Source: Raillietiella orientalis
Taxonomy: Eukaryota
DNA length: 64,000 nt
Direction: 5' to 3'
Assembly: GCA_036172245.1 (NCBI GenBank)
Contig: JAYWIR010000013.1
Span: 310,001 to 374,000 of the forward strand
In this document: positions 12,569 to 25,700 of the stretch, one piece after another
Layout of the letters: every line of letters starts with the position of its first letter
How positions within the stretch are numbered: position 1 is the first letter of the stretch
Program-made: the position numbers and the translations under genes
The notes under the pieces: generated by a model
Told to the model about the DNA's origin: nothing
The model's input: the letters and a program-made list of their open reading frames with translations, nothing else
The model's database searches: none

Positions 12569-13473
12569 TATAGTTTTATTAGCAAATTACTCCAAAAGCA
12601 TGGATTGTTGTTACCCTGGTTCTCCCATTTCCTGTGCATTTTATTGGTAATATTCTGGACTTTTTAATGCAGCTCGGCCCCCTCAGTGCTTAAGTAAAAC
12701 ATTTCTTCATTGTCATGAATATTGTGATGACAAAGACAAGAAGCTGCTTTTCAATCTGCGTTCCCCAATGGAAATTTAAGACTCTAAATCACATTGCCTT
12801 AGTTCACAGCATACTGAAATGTAGCATAATTTCTTGAGCATTCTTGGGTGGCATTTGAGTATTTTGGCTGCTGTATCCTCTTTGGTTCAACAAAATTTTT
12901 TCAGTTCGCGCTGCCTTCGGACATGCTTTGTGAAATGGTACCTGAGTTGAGTTTGTCCAGCAGTCCGGCCGATGTAATCGATCTGTAGTTCTGAAAATAG
13001 GAAACGAGTTTTGCTTCCGACTTGACCAACTAATCCAAAAATCATTCATAACGATTGTTTGACTGCGCGAAATTCTGAAGCTGAGATGTATCTTTTATTC
13101 TTGCAGTGTTTCATTGCGTCACCTGAGTTGCACAGATTTCGTTTTTGCCTTCTTTCTAAACTTGCAGAAGGAAAAACCTTTGCAGCCCGTATGCGACTTG
13201 TTGTATCACGTATGTGGATTCCTTGTGCCGTCTTCCGCTTATGGAGAAGTCATTCTTTCCTCTGAAACTTTTTTCTTAACCTGTTGAGAGCCATCGCAAC
13301 CACACCAGGATCTTGGCAACAGAGAATACCGTCATGAAAGATAGTTGGCGGAGGGAGAAGGATATTATACAGTGGGAATGGCATGTAGTAGTGAAACCAA
13401 AATCATAAACACAATCATCGATGGAGACAAATTGTTCCAGCCGTAAAACTGATGGCTTCTGTGAACGCAGTTT

Positions 13474-14473
13474 TCAGACCCAGCATTTTTTTGGTACGAA
13501 TCCTTCATATCGCCTAAGGATTAAAGTCCTGAAATGCCAAGGAGGCATGCTGGAGCGCTGGGCACCGGTTCACGGTAGACGTACGTGAAATTCATGTGAT
13601 CGGATTTTTGTAGGGTATCAATTTCAAGAAGTTCATGTTCCAAAAACACGATGCCTTAGAGGGTAAAAAAAGGAAAAAATAAAAAGAATCCTTCGAATTT
13701 CCGGAGAACTAACTTCAGAAGGCATGGTAATGAGCTTTCCTTTCTTGTTTTAAAAGTTAGGATGCCCTTCAAAGTCTAGAGATTGCTTATCGCATCTCCA
13801 CAGAATCGGGAGCACTAGTGAGTTGAGGAGGCGAATGAATGTGCTGTCTTTGCTCATGACTACCACTTTTTTCTCTTGAGGATCCTATTTTTTGAAATCT
13901 TTAGCATTCCGAAATAGGGATCTTAGCGCCAATACCATGATCTTTGGGCTCTACAGATGCTGATTCCTCTTCTGAAAGTTGACAAGTTTAGGTGCTGCAC
14001 TTAAGCATAAACCCGCTCAATGCATTACAACATGCAGTATTATCAATGGCTACCGTTTGCATTTTGTTTGCGTCGAGGTCTCTGATTGTGTCGATGTTCC
14101 TAACATTCTAGGAATTCCACAGTGGACTGTCGAATCACTTTATTTTCCGATCTGACAAAAGGATTGTAATGTTTTCGATAGTCCCTGGAATTTCTCGATT
14201 CCAGCAACCTGATTTCCAATATGGAGAACTTCCCTGCTCCCTCTACCCCCCCCCCCCCCCCCTTTTTCATTCTCAGATTATCTCGTTGGTGGATCCGAGA
14301 ATCCCAGTGATCGATGAGGGGATTCCCGGACCATGGCAGCGCTGAGACATCATCGGGATCTCTGGCGCCACCCACGGGAACGGCGGCGCACCGGAGACCT
14401 CGTGGCCCAGAGCGTCTTCGTCGTCGACGGCCGCCGTCAGGTTCGGCTGGGAAGATTTTTTGAAACTTCTCAT
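13474..14473 (-). CDS. Candidate small multi-exon gene or pseudogene. Exons: ~14473-14399 (weak donor), 14099-14054, 13971-13936, 13654-13585, 13528 onward. Weak resemblance to the LysM-domain proteins LYSMD3/4.
   Basis: Three consecutive short exons have canonical AG/GT sites and compatible phases (0>1>1>2), giving the open frame EHRHNQRPRRKQNANEEESASVEPKDHGIVFLEHELLEIDTLQKSDHMNFT. The frame continues TLILRRYEGFVPKKCWV to a TGA at 13476-13474. Minus-strand AATAAA signals lie at 12645-12640 and 12580-12575. Confidence 0.35.
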
Positions 14474-14946
14474 ATCAGCAAAGGCTGAAACACGAAAATT
14501 CTCTCTAAAGAATTCTCAAATTCTCTCATCCCCACTATGTTCCACGCTCAAAAATGAGCTGAGCTGGCATTTCCCATTCCGTCGATTTTCATTTCCTAGT
14601 GTATCTGATTCACTACTACCTTAGTATAGCTGTTTCCACTGATTTTATGATTCTGTCATTAGTCAGTATTACAAGCATATGCAAATGTACTGAGACAAGT
14701 AAAAAATTAGAGAACACGAAATATCAATAAATCTACCAGTGATCTTGTGCCTTCCTTCCTTCTTTCCTTTTATTTTTCTTTTTTTTGGGTTTCCTGTCTA
14801 CTCTTAATTTCAGTTCCATTATGTGCCAAGTAAGAACTTTGTGAGCAGGTGCGGAGTAACCTATTTTTCCCTAATAACATGGAATTGCCTCTTGTTCTTG
14901 TTGGTGGAATGCTTTTACTTATCTCGTGCACGAGGCGTCAGTGGAC

Positions 14947-15089
14947 AACTGGTGAAGAAGTTGTTGATTTGGTTGGTGATATAGTAGTAGTTACATTAGG
15001 AAATCACAAAGGGATATCAGAAAAAAAACAGGAAATGTGGGGCTTGCTGTTGTGTATCACCAACCCAATCGACTACTTCTTCACCAGTT
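14947..15089. repeat. 35-bp inverted repeat (arms 14947-14981 and 15055-15089; 32/35 identical) that can form a long hairpin
   Basis: aactggtgaagaagttgttgatttggttggtgata versus the reverse complement of tatcaccaacccaatcgactacttcttcaccagtt. Confidence 0.85.
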
Positions 15090-16619
15090 TTTTCCATAAG
15101 GAAAGTGATTGCTACTTCCCGGGCAAAATTTTCATGTTATGATCGTTCACAATTGACGCAGTTCTGGTTTTCGGTATGGAAATTCCGCGGGTCTTTTTCA
15201 AATTTTTTTATAACCGTCCACATAAATCAGAACTCTACAAGCAAAAGTACACAGCTGCTAAGGATCCTCAAAAACATGGAGCATGGTTTACCGACAAGTA
15301 AATTTTATCCTTATGCTTAGAGATTCCAGTCATTCGTCACGTAAATGGGGGTGGGGCGAACTTCGGAATGATCGTAACGTTTGTATATCAGTGCTGTAAA
15401 CAAAATCTCGAAGAAAAAAGTCGGATTATCTTCGCCAGAGCACAGTGATGCTGAATGGCATTGCGTACAATTACCATTGCTCATCATTTGTCGATTCGAG
15501 ACAATCATTTCATTGAAACATTCCACAATCTTACTGAGGCAAAAATGACTATAACTCTTAGAATTACGAGCCGACACAGTACTATATTATCATCTGAAAC
15601 ACTGGTGTGCTCTTTCTTAAGTTTATCTCGAACAAAATTCACACCCAAGGAAATACTGCTACTGCAGAAAGGAATTATGCACCAGTCTGCTCAAACCGCT
15701 GTGCTTCACGCTACTCAGATGACATTTTAAGATGATAATTCAAGATAAGCTACCGCCTAGCGATCAGAGAGATTGTGCTTTTACCTGCAAGGAGTTTACC
15801 CAAACTCACGGATCTGGTATCCCTTTGTATTCAAGTCACCTGATTTTATTCCCCCCAAAATGTTGTGACCACAGATTCGGATAGCTGCCCGAAGGTGATT
15901 TGTTCCGGTGCCGCAGTCAGGTGCTTGATTCGTCTCGTCTTGAATGTTTCCTCACAGGTTATTAGTATTTTCCATTAGAGAAAAAACGGTCACAGTGGCA
16001 TAATTTTTACCGAGCGGGTCATGGGTCAATAGCACATGACTTACTCGGTTTAATGAGAGTCATCTCGCTGACAATGCAAGGAATGCATTGCCGCAAACAG
16101 GAGCAACGTGAAAAACACCCGCCGCAAATTTCCTCGCCGTTTTTTGCTTCCCAGCATACAGGACAACTCGAGTTGAGAGGATGGACTTTCCCTGGGAGCA
16201 CAGTAAGGCTAGAAAGTCTCTTGCACGATTTTCATAGCGCGCCATCCACTGACTGTGATCTTTATCTCAAAAAGCTATTTCTTTCGATTCCATCCTTGAC
16301 GATCGCAAAGATCGGAGGCAGCAAACTTCTGCCGCTTGCATGCAACGCACTCGATCCCTACCACAGTAAGGACACTCTCGACTCGGTTAGACCATCGGCC
16401 ACCGGAAAAGTTGAAAGGATAGCTGTTTCGTTTCAATGACCAGTGGCGGTGACTCTTAAGGGGCACACTCTCTGACTCGTGTCCCAGAAGCACGTGAGTC
16501 ATGAGGGAATCAGCTATTGGTTGGGTGCTGTATCCTCTCTTCGGATGACTTCTCCCACCCTCAGCATGAGAGAGGAATTCAAACGGAGACGCAAATAAAA
16601 GTCCCAATAACTCATTATT

Positions 16620-16625
16620 TTTATT
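16620..16625 (-). promoter_or_regulatory. Polyadenylation signal of the dynein gene
   Basis: AATAAA on the minus strand about 130 nt past the TGA at 16760-16758. Confidence 0.55.
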
Positions 16626-16757
16626 TCTCGAGCTGCTGGTGGTGTTCCTCCTGTCCATTCCGTGACTTCACTGTCCACCAAGATCGTCAAAAAAATCCGC
16701 GATGCGAATTTCTGAGATTTTCGGTGCGAACGAGCAATCAGGTGGAAGAGGTAGACT

Positions 16758-19700
16758 TCAATCATTCAGCTGGCATAAAGCTGCAACGCCTCGGATGATC
16801 CAGTGCCTTTCCTCTCTGTCGGAAGGCAGCTGAAGATACATGATGAAGTTGGTAGAATGTCCGGTGGTGGAGAGCACCCCTCTCCGCACGCTCGTTTTGT
16901 ACACGGGGCAGTTGAAACAAAGCTTCTGTTCAGCAGTGCCCTGAAAACAGGAACCGATAGAGAACTTGGAACCCCTGCTACCCGAACTGCTGTTGATGAT
17001 GATGATACCTTTTCCGAAGGGTACATCCAGATTGGAGGCAGGCTGTCAAACAGCACTTTAGGATACGCCTCGCCTATGACTCTTGTTTCGCGGTCCCAGC
17101 GGCTCGCTTCCAAATACAAGCCCTAGGAAGAGACAAGACTGCTTGTTCACGAATGTGCCCTTCTCTGGCGTTCTCTTTCGAGAGCAACCCGGCGTCCTGC
17201 AACCAGCTCACCTTGAAGTAGCAACCTTTCTCTAGGGGCGTGTTTAGATCGGTATCTGCGGAGGTGACATCAAACTGGAACTCCAGGCGATCGATAGGGA
17301 TGCGGTATCTTCTGGAATGGTTCTGCAGGATCCCTGTAAGGAAGGACTGAGTGAAGTAGAACCCGGAAATCCAGAAGACTGTCGGGGTGCCATCGTGTAA
17401 CCAGGAATGGAAAAAGTTGAGCCTGAATATATGGGGCTTGCCCACGAGTTTCAAATCAAGGAAGAGGGAAGCAAACCTGGCCAGGAGGTCAGCGATGTAC
17501 GAGCCCAGCGGTTTCAGCGAAAGATACGATCTCTGAGCCCACGCATTCGGGATCCTCCCAACGATGATTGCATTGAAGGCTTCTTCCAGATCGAGGGACA
17601 TCACCAAAAGACCTTTGATAGCGCGCTGCAGATCCAGAAGGACTGACCGGACAGTTCCCAATAGTTGGTTGAAGCGGATTAGTTCCTGGAGAGAGGAGAT
17701 GGAGTTCTGACAAACCCGGAGGAGTAGGAAAAACCTGGAGGAGTACACTGTTCATAGACTCGTAGTAGGATATCGGAAATCTGCTCTCCGCGTCGGCCAG
17801 GTCGAAGTTCAGCGGCAGTCTCTTCAGGATGTCGTCGCTCAGCTTGTACACCGAATCCGAGAGGTCTAGCTCGCCGCCGGCCAGGAACGTTTGTGGCTGA
17901 GTGAGCAGGGTCTCCTGCAAGAGCTGGAGCCGAAAGGAAGCGATGAGTTAAGGATCCTCAATGTGACTGGGTCCTCCTGGAAGCGACGGTGCACTACCTC
18001 TTCCGCCTCCTTGATGTTCTTGATCATGTCCGCGTTTTCGTGCAACCCGAACGCGGCCGGGCTGGCCTGCAGAGGAATGGTTGAGATGTACTCGAGGAAG
18101 CACTCGTACGTGTCGCAGTCGGGGATCCGGTAGCCAGGGTCCTCTGACAGTGGGTATCTGCACACGTAAAGAAAGAAGAATGAAGAAGTTAGCTGTTCAG
18201 AAGGGGTGTCCGTGGACCACCTTGGTTGAGAGGCGGCGTTCTCGCAGTAGAAGATGGATAGTAGGTTTAAGAGAAGCCTTCTATCTTTGTCGTCGGTCAC
18301 TCGACCGCCATAGTTGCATTCTCCAGTCAAATAGGTGAGAGCATCCAGTGGCAACTCTGCGTACTCGTTGAGGAAGTTCTGCGCCAAGAGCTCTTTCTGT
18401 CTCGAGAAATGCGAAATCTGCGAAATGAACTCACCCGCAACTGGTTGATGCTGATCTGTAGGTCGGACTCGTCGAATTCGTAGGGTATGTTCCATCCTAT
18501 GGATCCGTACTGTCTCCTTTCTTGCAGGAGGGCGTGGAAGAAGCACAACCCGAACAATAGGCGCTGCCATTCCTTCGGCTTGTTGCAGTTCTTGTAAAAC
18601 GATGGGTCGGAAATCGGATCACTTGTGAAGGACCTCAGCAAGTTTGTGCGCAACCCTTTCGGGGTCTCGTTGGTGATTTTCAGGCCTTCACCGGTACAGA
18701 GTTCAGGAGATCGAACCCCCATAGATACAAACCATTCTGAAGTATCGAAATGGGGAAGTGTCTGGAAGGGTAGCTCGTCAGCCAGAGTCGGAAATCAAGA
18801 TGAAGCATGTCCATTATCATCTGGTTCTCGCATATCCTTTCCAGATTTGGCATCCAGCTGGGCGCTAGATGGCAGTTCTGCAAGACCACCCAGGTGCCTT
18901 GAGTCGTAGCACTCTCGATCATCTCTTGAGCCCGAATTCCCTAGGAAGCAAAGGACGAGATATAACGAAAGGGATCCCACAGGCAGCAGTGCGCCGGATG
19001 ATCGCCTCTGCAGCTGCTGCTGCTGCCAGGGCTTTGGGCTCCGTAGATCTCGGAGCCGGCCAGGCGGCACTCATTCATCCAAGTAGGAGTATTACATGCG
19101 GTACCTGCCCTTGCCCCAGAGACAGCCAACGGATCTTGGAGCTGGTGAAACCCATTTCTTTCCCAAAACTAATTAACTGAAGTGTAGGGTCGGAGCCAGG
19201 AGAAAGCAGGAAGATCAAAGGCGTGCAGCAGTTCGAATCTTTGTAGATTTTGGATAGATCGAAAACTGGTGGCTCGATGTAGTACGATCCCATCTCACGC
19301 ACGATCAGATTCTGGAAAAAAAATATTTCCTTTTGTTGACTAGGTCTGAAGAGAGGTGAAGGGAGGGAGGGGATGGGAACGAAGACGACATCTGAGACAG
19401 GCTTCGTATTCGCCCCATCAACGAAAACAACCAACTCATGATCGTGAGACAGCGAAGCACGCCGTCACCCGAAGCGGGCCAGTACATGCGACGGCACCTC
19501 TTTGCCTCGGTCGCGTTTCTACGCTCTCCAACTGGTTGAGACATTTGAAAGGAGACTCTAAGGACAGGCACAAGGTGGAGCGGATGGATCCATAACAGCA
19601 CTGCGGAATCTCCAGATCTTGCATGCGGACGCACAGCGGTTCCGTTAGATCTCACGACTGAAGACGATTCCCGCAATCGTCCACGTCGAATTCGAGATTC

Positions 19701-22700
19701 CTTTATCTGTTTCCCGAGAGTTTTCGCCGCGGACCACTAGAGTTTGACTGCTCTGCTCACCTGTCAGGAAATTGCTTCGAATGCAGCTGTGCTGTGAGTG
19801 TGCTTATCTGAGCGCTTTTTGTCTCTTCGCAGGAGCCTCTTGAAGCACACAAACGCCATTAAAAGGGAGAAGAGATCGTGCTTAAAACAACGAGAATGAT
19901 GAAGCGGAGCGTTGCGTTAGAAGAGTGAAGTAAGAAGAATGAGGAAGAAGGACAAGTCTGAGGCGTTACTGCACGAGTAACGTGGCAAACGCAACTGCAT
20001 GAAAGCGAAGGGAATGGCGGAAAACCAGAATCCTCCAGCTTGCAGGCTTCCATGCATCCGTGATAGCAGCAGTTTTCCAGCAAGCTGCAAGTAAGTCCGC
20101 CCTCTGTATCCCTCCGGAAACCGCACCACTTCAGAGTTCGAGCCTCTCCGCAGGTGGCACACAATAACGACGGCCACGCGGTTTTGTGAATGCCCGTCAC
20201 CTGATTGATTCTCGCACACGGCGGTCGGCTAAACGGAGACCATCAGATAGCAGCAGTGACTCCTAAGCCGACAGCTCTACTTGCCGCCACCGCCGTTGCG
20301 CACTTTCTTTCGGAGGGCACGATTTCTCGTTATTGTCCTTCACCTGAGTCCGCGCAATGCGTGCACCCACACCGTGCCACTAGGCAGAACCTACCCTTAT
20401 CGAAGGGATCATTTTATCTGGTCTGATGCATTTCAGCAAAGCGAGGTTTTCCAGTCCAGAGTACTGCTTCCATCTTCCTGGAAAACCGACTTCGTGAGGC
20501 GCCGGGTCGTCATAGACATCCTTCCAATCGGAGTGATTTTCAGTGAAGGATTCCACCAGTCCTGAGGAAACTAGCGTGAATAAGGAGAGAAATTGTTGTT
20601 TTTTCAGAGTGCCTCGACAAAGACAGCATGCACGTGCACAAATCGCCATGACTCTGACGTTGTCGAAATCTCGTGAAGGTGCCGTCCGAGACAAGCAAAG
20701 TGCGGGTGCCTGCATCTGGCGCCACGGACGTACCATGAAAAGTATAAATCTCCGAGATGCGAACGACATCGGACCACGACTTTTCCGTCAACCATTCCGG
20801 GCCAGGGTTGGGATAAGGATTTTCAAGGAGAGTACTCTTGACCAACAGAAACTTGAGCACTTCTTCGTTGAGCTTCCCCTGAAACAAATGGAGCAGCCAT
20901 ATGGTGACCTTTACTGGCAGAGAATGCGACTTCTTTGCAGTTTTACAGTGTATGTTGGTGTTATTGAGTAGCATATGCCAAACACACCCCTGCTGTGCCG
21001 CCGCTAGCACCCGGAACTCTTGGTGATGGCGAACACGGGCGTTTTCCGAGGCCACAGACCGTTTGCAATAACAATGAGAAACGCCGCATGTAAAAGAAGT
21101 GTAAATGATAGAGAGACAACAGCATATTCCGTTAAGATGCCAAACCGATTAAGTGACTGAGATCAGAAGGTGCAAACCGTCTGACATTCAGCGACACTGG
21201 ACAGAGACTGTCGAGCACAGGATGGTTGCTGCTGCTTGCCGGACACCCCTGATGGGGAAGCAATAAAGGAGGAGAATACGATGCGGTGTGTGTGAGCGTT
21301 TGCATAGCATTCCTTTTTCTTCCTCAACGACCTGGAAATGGGAGTCGAAATCAAGTCCGGAGCGGTCGGCAACCGATCAGCACGCCGTCGAGCATGCAGA
21401 TGCATTCCACACCCTATCTTCGGATCGGAGCTTTGAAGTCCGTGATTTATCGGATCAGAATGATTGCGCCTGCAACCTGTTTTGGACCGATGAATTCCGC
21501 TAAAGCCTTGATGGATCACGACACCCGCGTGCACGCAAAACAACAACTCTTGAAGGTCGCCGTCGATGAAGCTCGCAGTCTGCGAGCACGTGCACGAGCG
21601 GTCATTCACCTGGAAAAAAGGAAACCGAAAGGAGGACGAGAATGCGCGAAGTACCTAGTAAAGTGGGCAAGCGGGTGGACAAGCGGCCAGAGAGAGACAT
21701 CACTGGCAGCCACCGTGAAAGCTCCAATCCAAACAAAGCACGCAAAGCGATAAAGCGGTGAAGACTTTCATCTTCAAAGTGAGTAGACTACGTGAGTGGC
21801 TACTCGGGATTTCAGCGAAGATCTCTCGATTCGTCGGAAAGGAATGTGCTTCCTTCCTTCGTGGCTAGAGGAAATCTGAGAGAGGGACTTTTCTCGCGCT
21901 CCGTTCACGCCTCACAAGCAGTCGAGTTGCGTTCGAATCATCGAATCCAGAAATTCCACCAAGCTTCAAACTGTGCTCTAGACAGGCAGCCAGAGCCTCA
22001 GGGAAGACTCTGGCACACGAAACACGCTTATTCCATACGAAAGAATCATTTGTGAGGTCGGTGTCCATTTCGTTGTTGTTTTGGGAACAGTACGCGTTCA
22101 TGCAATGCCTGCAGGTTTCGTTTTCGTTCGCACGCGAACGGACGATTTCTTTCCGGTTTGAGAGTCCACATCTGCTTTCTGCAATACAGACAAGAAACCA
22201 ACGAAACCATAGTCACTATTTATGAACGACATCACCTCATTCTCCCTAAATGCATCACTAGGAGACAATTGAGGACAAAGAATAGATTTTTTCGACAGAG
22301 TTTTCTATGTTTGCAAAGGAAGCTGAAGGAGAAGCAGCAGTGGATTCATGGTTTGTTAAGAAGAGACCCTTTGACGAGGACCCAAGTGCCTGAGAGCTTG
22401 TTGAAGGCTAGATTACTGCCTCCGTGGCCACATAGAGTCATTAAAGCAATATATGGAAACTTCTGAGGCGCTTGCACCACCGTCTTTGCTACCTTTGCCT
22501 CTGGGCACGGGGCAAAGGTGGGCGTTGCAGAAATGGGTGTGCTGAAGCGATGGTTTCTTTGATGGTGCTCTTGGACAGTTCTGCGAGCCACTTGAGAAGC
22601 AGTGCCATCCGTGCGGCATCTCGAACTGAGTCAACTTACCCCGCGCCGACAAACCCGCACATCTTGGTTCGCGGGTTCGCCGGCAAACGGATACAAGTAA

Positions 22701-25700
22701 GAAGAACGCGCCATTATTGCTTCTTCTGAATGCACACGAAGGTTCAGGGAAGGGACATATTAAAGACGAGGTTCTTGGGCAGGAAACGAAATGAGCAGAC
22801 TTTGGGAGACTTGGTACTGATAGCAAAGTGTCGGAAGACATGGGGGCTCCCTACTTCTCCTAGGGGAAAGATTTGGTGTAGGCAGGGAATCCCGACAACG
22901 CAGCAAATCCGCTTGGAAACACATTGACTTTTGCTTCGGACGAGGCGTCCATGAGTCTTTGCAGAGATGAAGGCAAGAAGCACTTGTTTCACCTCTCCCT
23001 CGCCCCGCGCAATCAACGGAGACTGACGTGAGAGTACGCTCGCGCTGCACGTGTCTGTGTGTTCCGGACGGAAGTGTCCATCAGTTGCATGTCTGTCAAT
23101 TGCGAGCCAGCGAGGATCCGAATGCTCACCGACAGCAGGCCGAGATTGTGGCAGCGTAGGTGCCCGACATGTGGACTTCCGCGGACAGTAGGAGGAGAAG
23201 GAAACTCGGAACGATATGCCTCTCCTCCAGGCGCTAAACCAGGTGGAGATCACACAATCTGTCTGATTGATGCATCTTGGCAACGTTCACGCGGGGGAAA
23301 CGGTGCTCTCTCCCTGTCCTCGATCCGGGGACGAGCGTCTACCGCAGAATGCAAGTGGCAACCCTGCAAAAGCTATCTCTCCCTGTTCTGGAAGTGCAGA
23401 CAAAGAATAGATTTCTTCTCTAAGCTGAGAGGGGGACAAAATTTCATGGCTACGTTTTCGGTCCGGGTAGCTTTCAGGAGACTGGCTGCGACTGGCTGCC
23501 TGGTTGCATGGCGGACGCACACCGATATGGTAGGCAAAGTTTCCGGTAACCGCCGGTTGGTTTCCCTTCTGGAGAGACGAAGGAAAAGGGATAGCCTTGC
23601 GAGTTCCAAATTTTCCGGATGTGCTCGTCTGCATTGATGTCCGAACGTCATGCTTCGGTAGAAGCGTTCAGCTCCTGCTCCAGAGTGTTTGCCATGAGAG
23701 CATGCACGGCCGAAGGAGGATGTTGATGCGGCGTAGACGCTCCGTAGTGAGGCTGAACAGTGAACGGCTGAACGTCTCTCGAGGCATCAGATCCCAGCTC
23801 GGAAAACGCGAGAAGCAGAAACAGAAAGGGGTAGCCGGTGGGAGGCGTGGGAAAGTGTTGGAGGCTGGTCGTCTGCTGCCAACGGTGACGAAGTTATTTT
23901 AAGCCGCTCTGGAGGGTAAAGGGGAAGGCGTTGTTCCCCTTTGGATTGCACGTTCAGAACGGTTGCCTTCCGCCCCCGTGGATACTCCAGATTCGGCGGA
24001 CCAGCACCATGGCTGCGCAAAGTAATCACTCTCTCTGCTCCGAACGGGTATCCTCAAAGTTGTCGCTCGTTCATCGGCTGCAAACCCGCCCTTAGCCTCA
24101 GGGAGAGAGACTCAGCTTTCGGGGTCGCATCAGACCTCGAAGTTGGGTGCGCTCGGGGTGCTGTAGGGGACCCAGGGAGCCCCGGGAATCACACACCTTC
24201 TGCTGCTTCATATTGCTCAGGATCCAATCGTAAGTGCGTGCTCCCTTCCCCGTGCGTTCGCGGACGGATACATGCGAGGCGCGCATGTGCTCGCGAATTT
24301 CGTTTCTCAGTGCACTTCGGCAGCATAGACGGTTCTTTCAAGAAACCGTTTCGCTTTCTCCTCCTCCGAAGGCGTTTGTTTCCTTCCCCCGTCAAGTGAA
24401 CTCGTCCGAGGAGCAGAACTCGTTGATCCCCCTCCGGCATCAATTTCTTTTCCCTCCCCATGGCCGCTAAAAGATGGCGAGAGATAAAAGGCAGAGGCAG
24501 GCAGGAGTGTGCACGCTCACGCGAGGCATTTGGCACTCGCTTTCCCACTTCCAGGTGCGTTTATACCAACGTGACGCCGGTGGTGTCCGGAACTTCGGAG
24601 GCCCGCTCCTCTGACGACAAAGACAGGGCAAAAGGCAGAAGGGGGTACGGCAATGGAACACCTCCCTGGGCGCGGACTCTGACTGCTGCTGCAGATTGCA
24701 AGCACGCCGCACGCATCCCCTCGCACATCCTTGCACATCTCCACGAAGGGACTACTCGCATAGCGGCCGGTTCGGCGACTCCACAGGTGGCGCGTGCGTT
24801 GCACTTGGATCTGCTCCTACCTCGGCACGGGAGATCCCGATGTACAAGATGAACGGGAAGATCAACTTGTGCTTCTCGAAGAGGGATCGGCATACGTTGT
24901 GGTAGATCCTCTGGGTGAACTGGTCGTTCAGTACTTTGATCCTCTCGGAGATGTCCCTTCCCTTCGGGGAATGCAGGATCGACTGGGAAAGACGAGAGGA
25001 GATGAGGGGGGAGACGGGACCATGAGGCATCCTCGAATCGATTCCGTCTCATCCCATGGAATCTCGTTCGAGAGATTTGAAAGCGAGGAGTTGCCCCTCC
25101 GCTCCGCTTTTTTCTGCGCAGGCGCCCAGAAATGCCCTCGCAGCAGCAGCAGCATAAGCAGTCAGCAGAAACGTATAAATAGGTTAACGGCCCGGACGCG
25201 AATGATGAGCAATACGTGAGGTTAGCTCCAGGTTTAGGTGAAGCAAGGTGACCAAGGGCAAAAACGCACGATCTTCTGAGTTGGTGGCAGCTGCCGCCGC
25301 TGCTGCTGCTGCTTCTCATGGACGCGTGCGTGAGTGTGTGCTCTTCGAAATGTGCTCCCTCTGACGACTGCGCGGTTTCAGAAACTCCACAGACCCAGAT
25401 CTTCTCCTTACCTGGAGGTACAGGTTGACGAACCAGGTCAGTGAATACTGATACATGGGGTCGATGTTGGCCAGTTCCGAAATGGAAAAGAACAGCACCG
25501 AAGAATGGGCAGCCACGGGCCTGTACTGGTTCCTGATGGCATCGATTTCCCTTTCCGTTGCCATGACGGAGTTCTGCTTCCTCGAGATGTCTTCGGACAA
25601 AATCTGAGGGGGGTCACCGCAAACTTCTGTGAGAGGGTCTCCCGTTATCTCCACGGGGAAACGAGGAGGTGTGCATCAAGTAAACGACCCACGAGTGCCT

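Noticed and set aside
20879..24820. Many 100-190 aa ORFs in the 3.9-kb GC-rich dynein intron, including a phase-0 acceptor at 21609
   Set aside because: Such ORFs are expected by chance at high GC. There is no recognisable domain, transposase or RT motif and no good matching donor, and the dynein joins cleanly without them (RAE|GKL).
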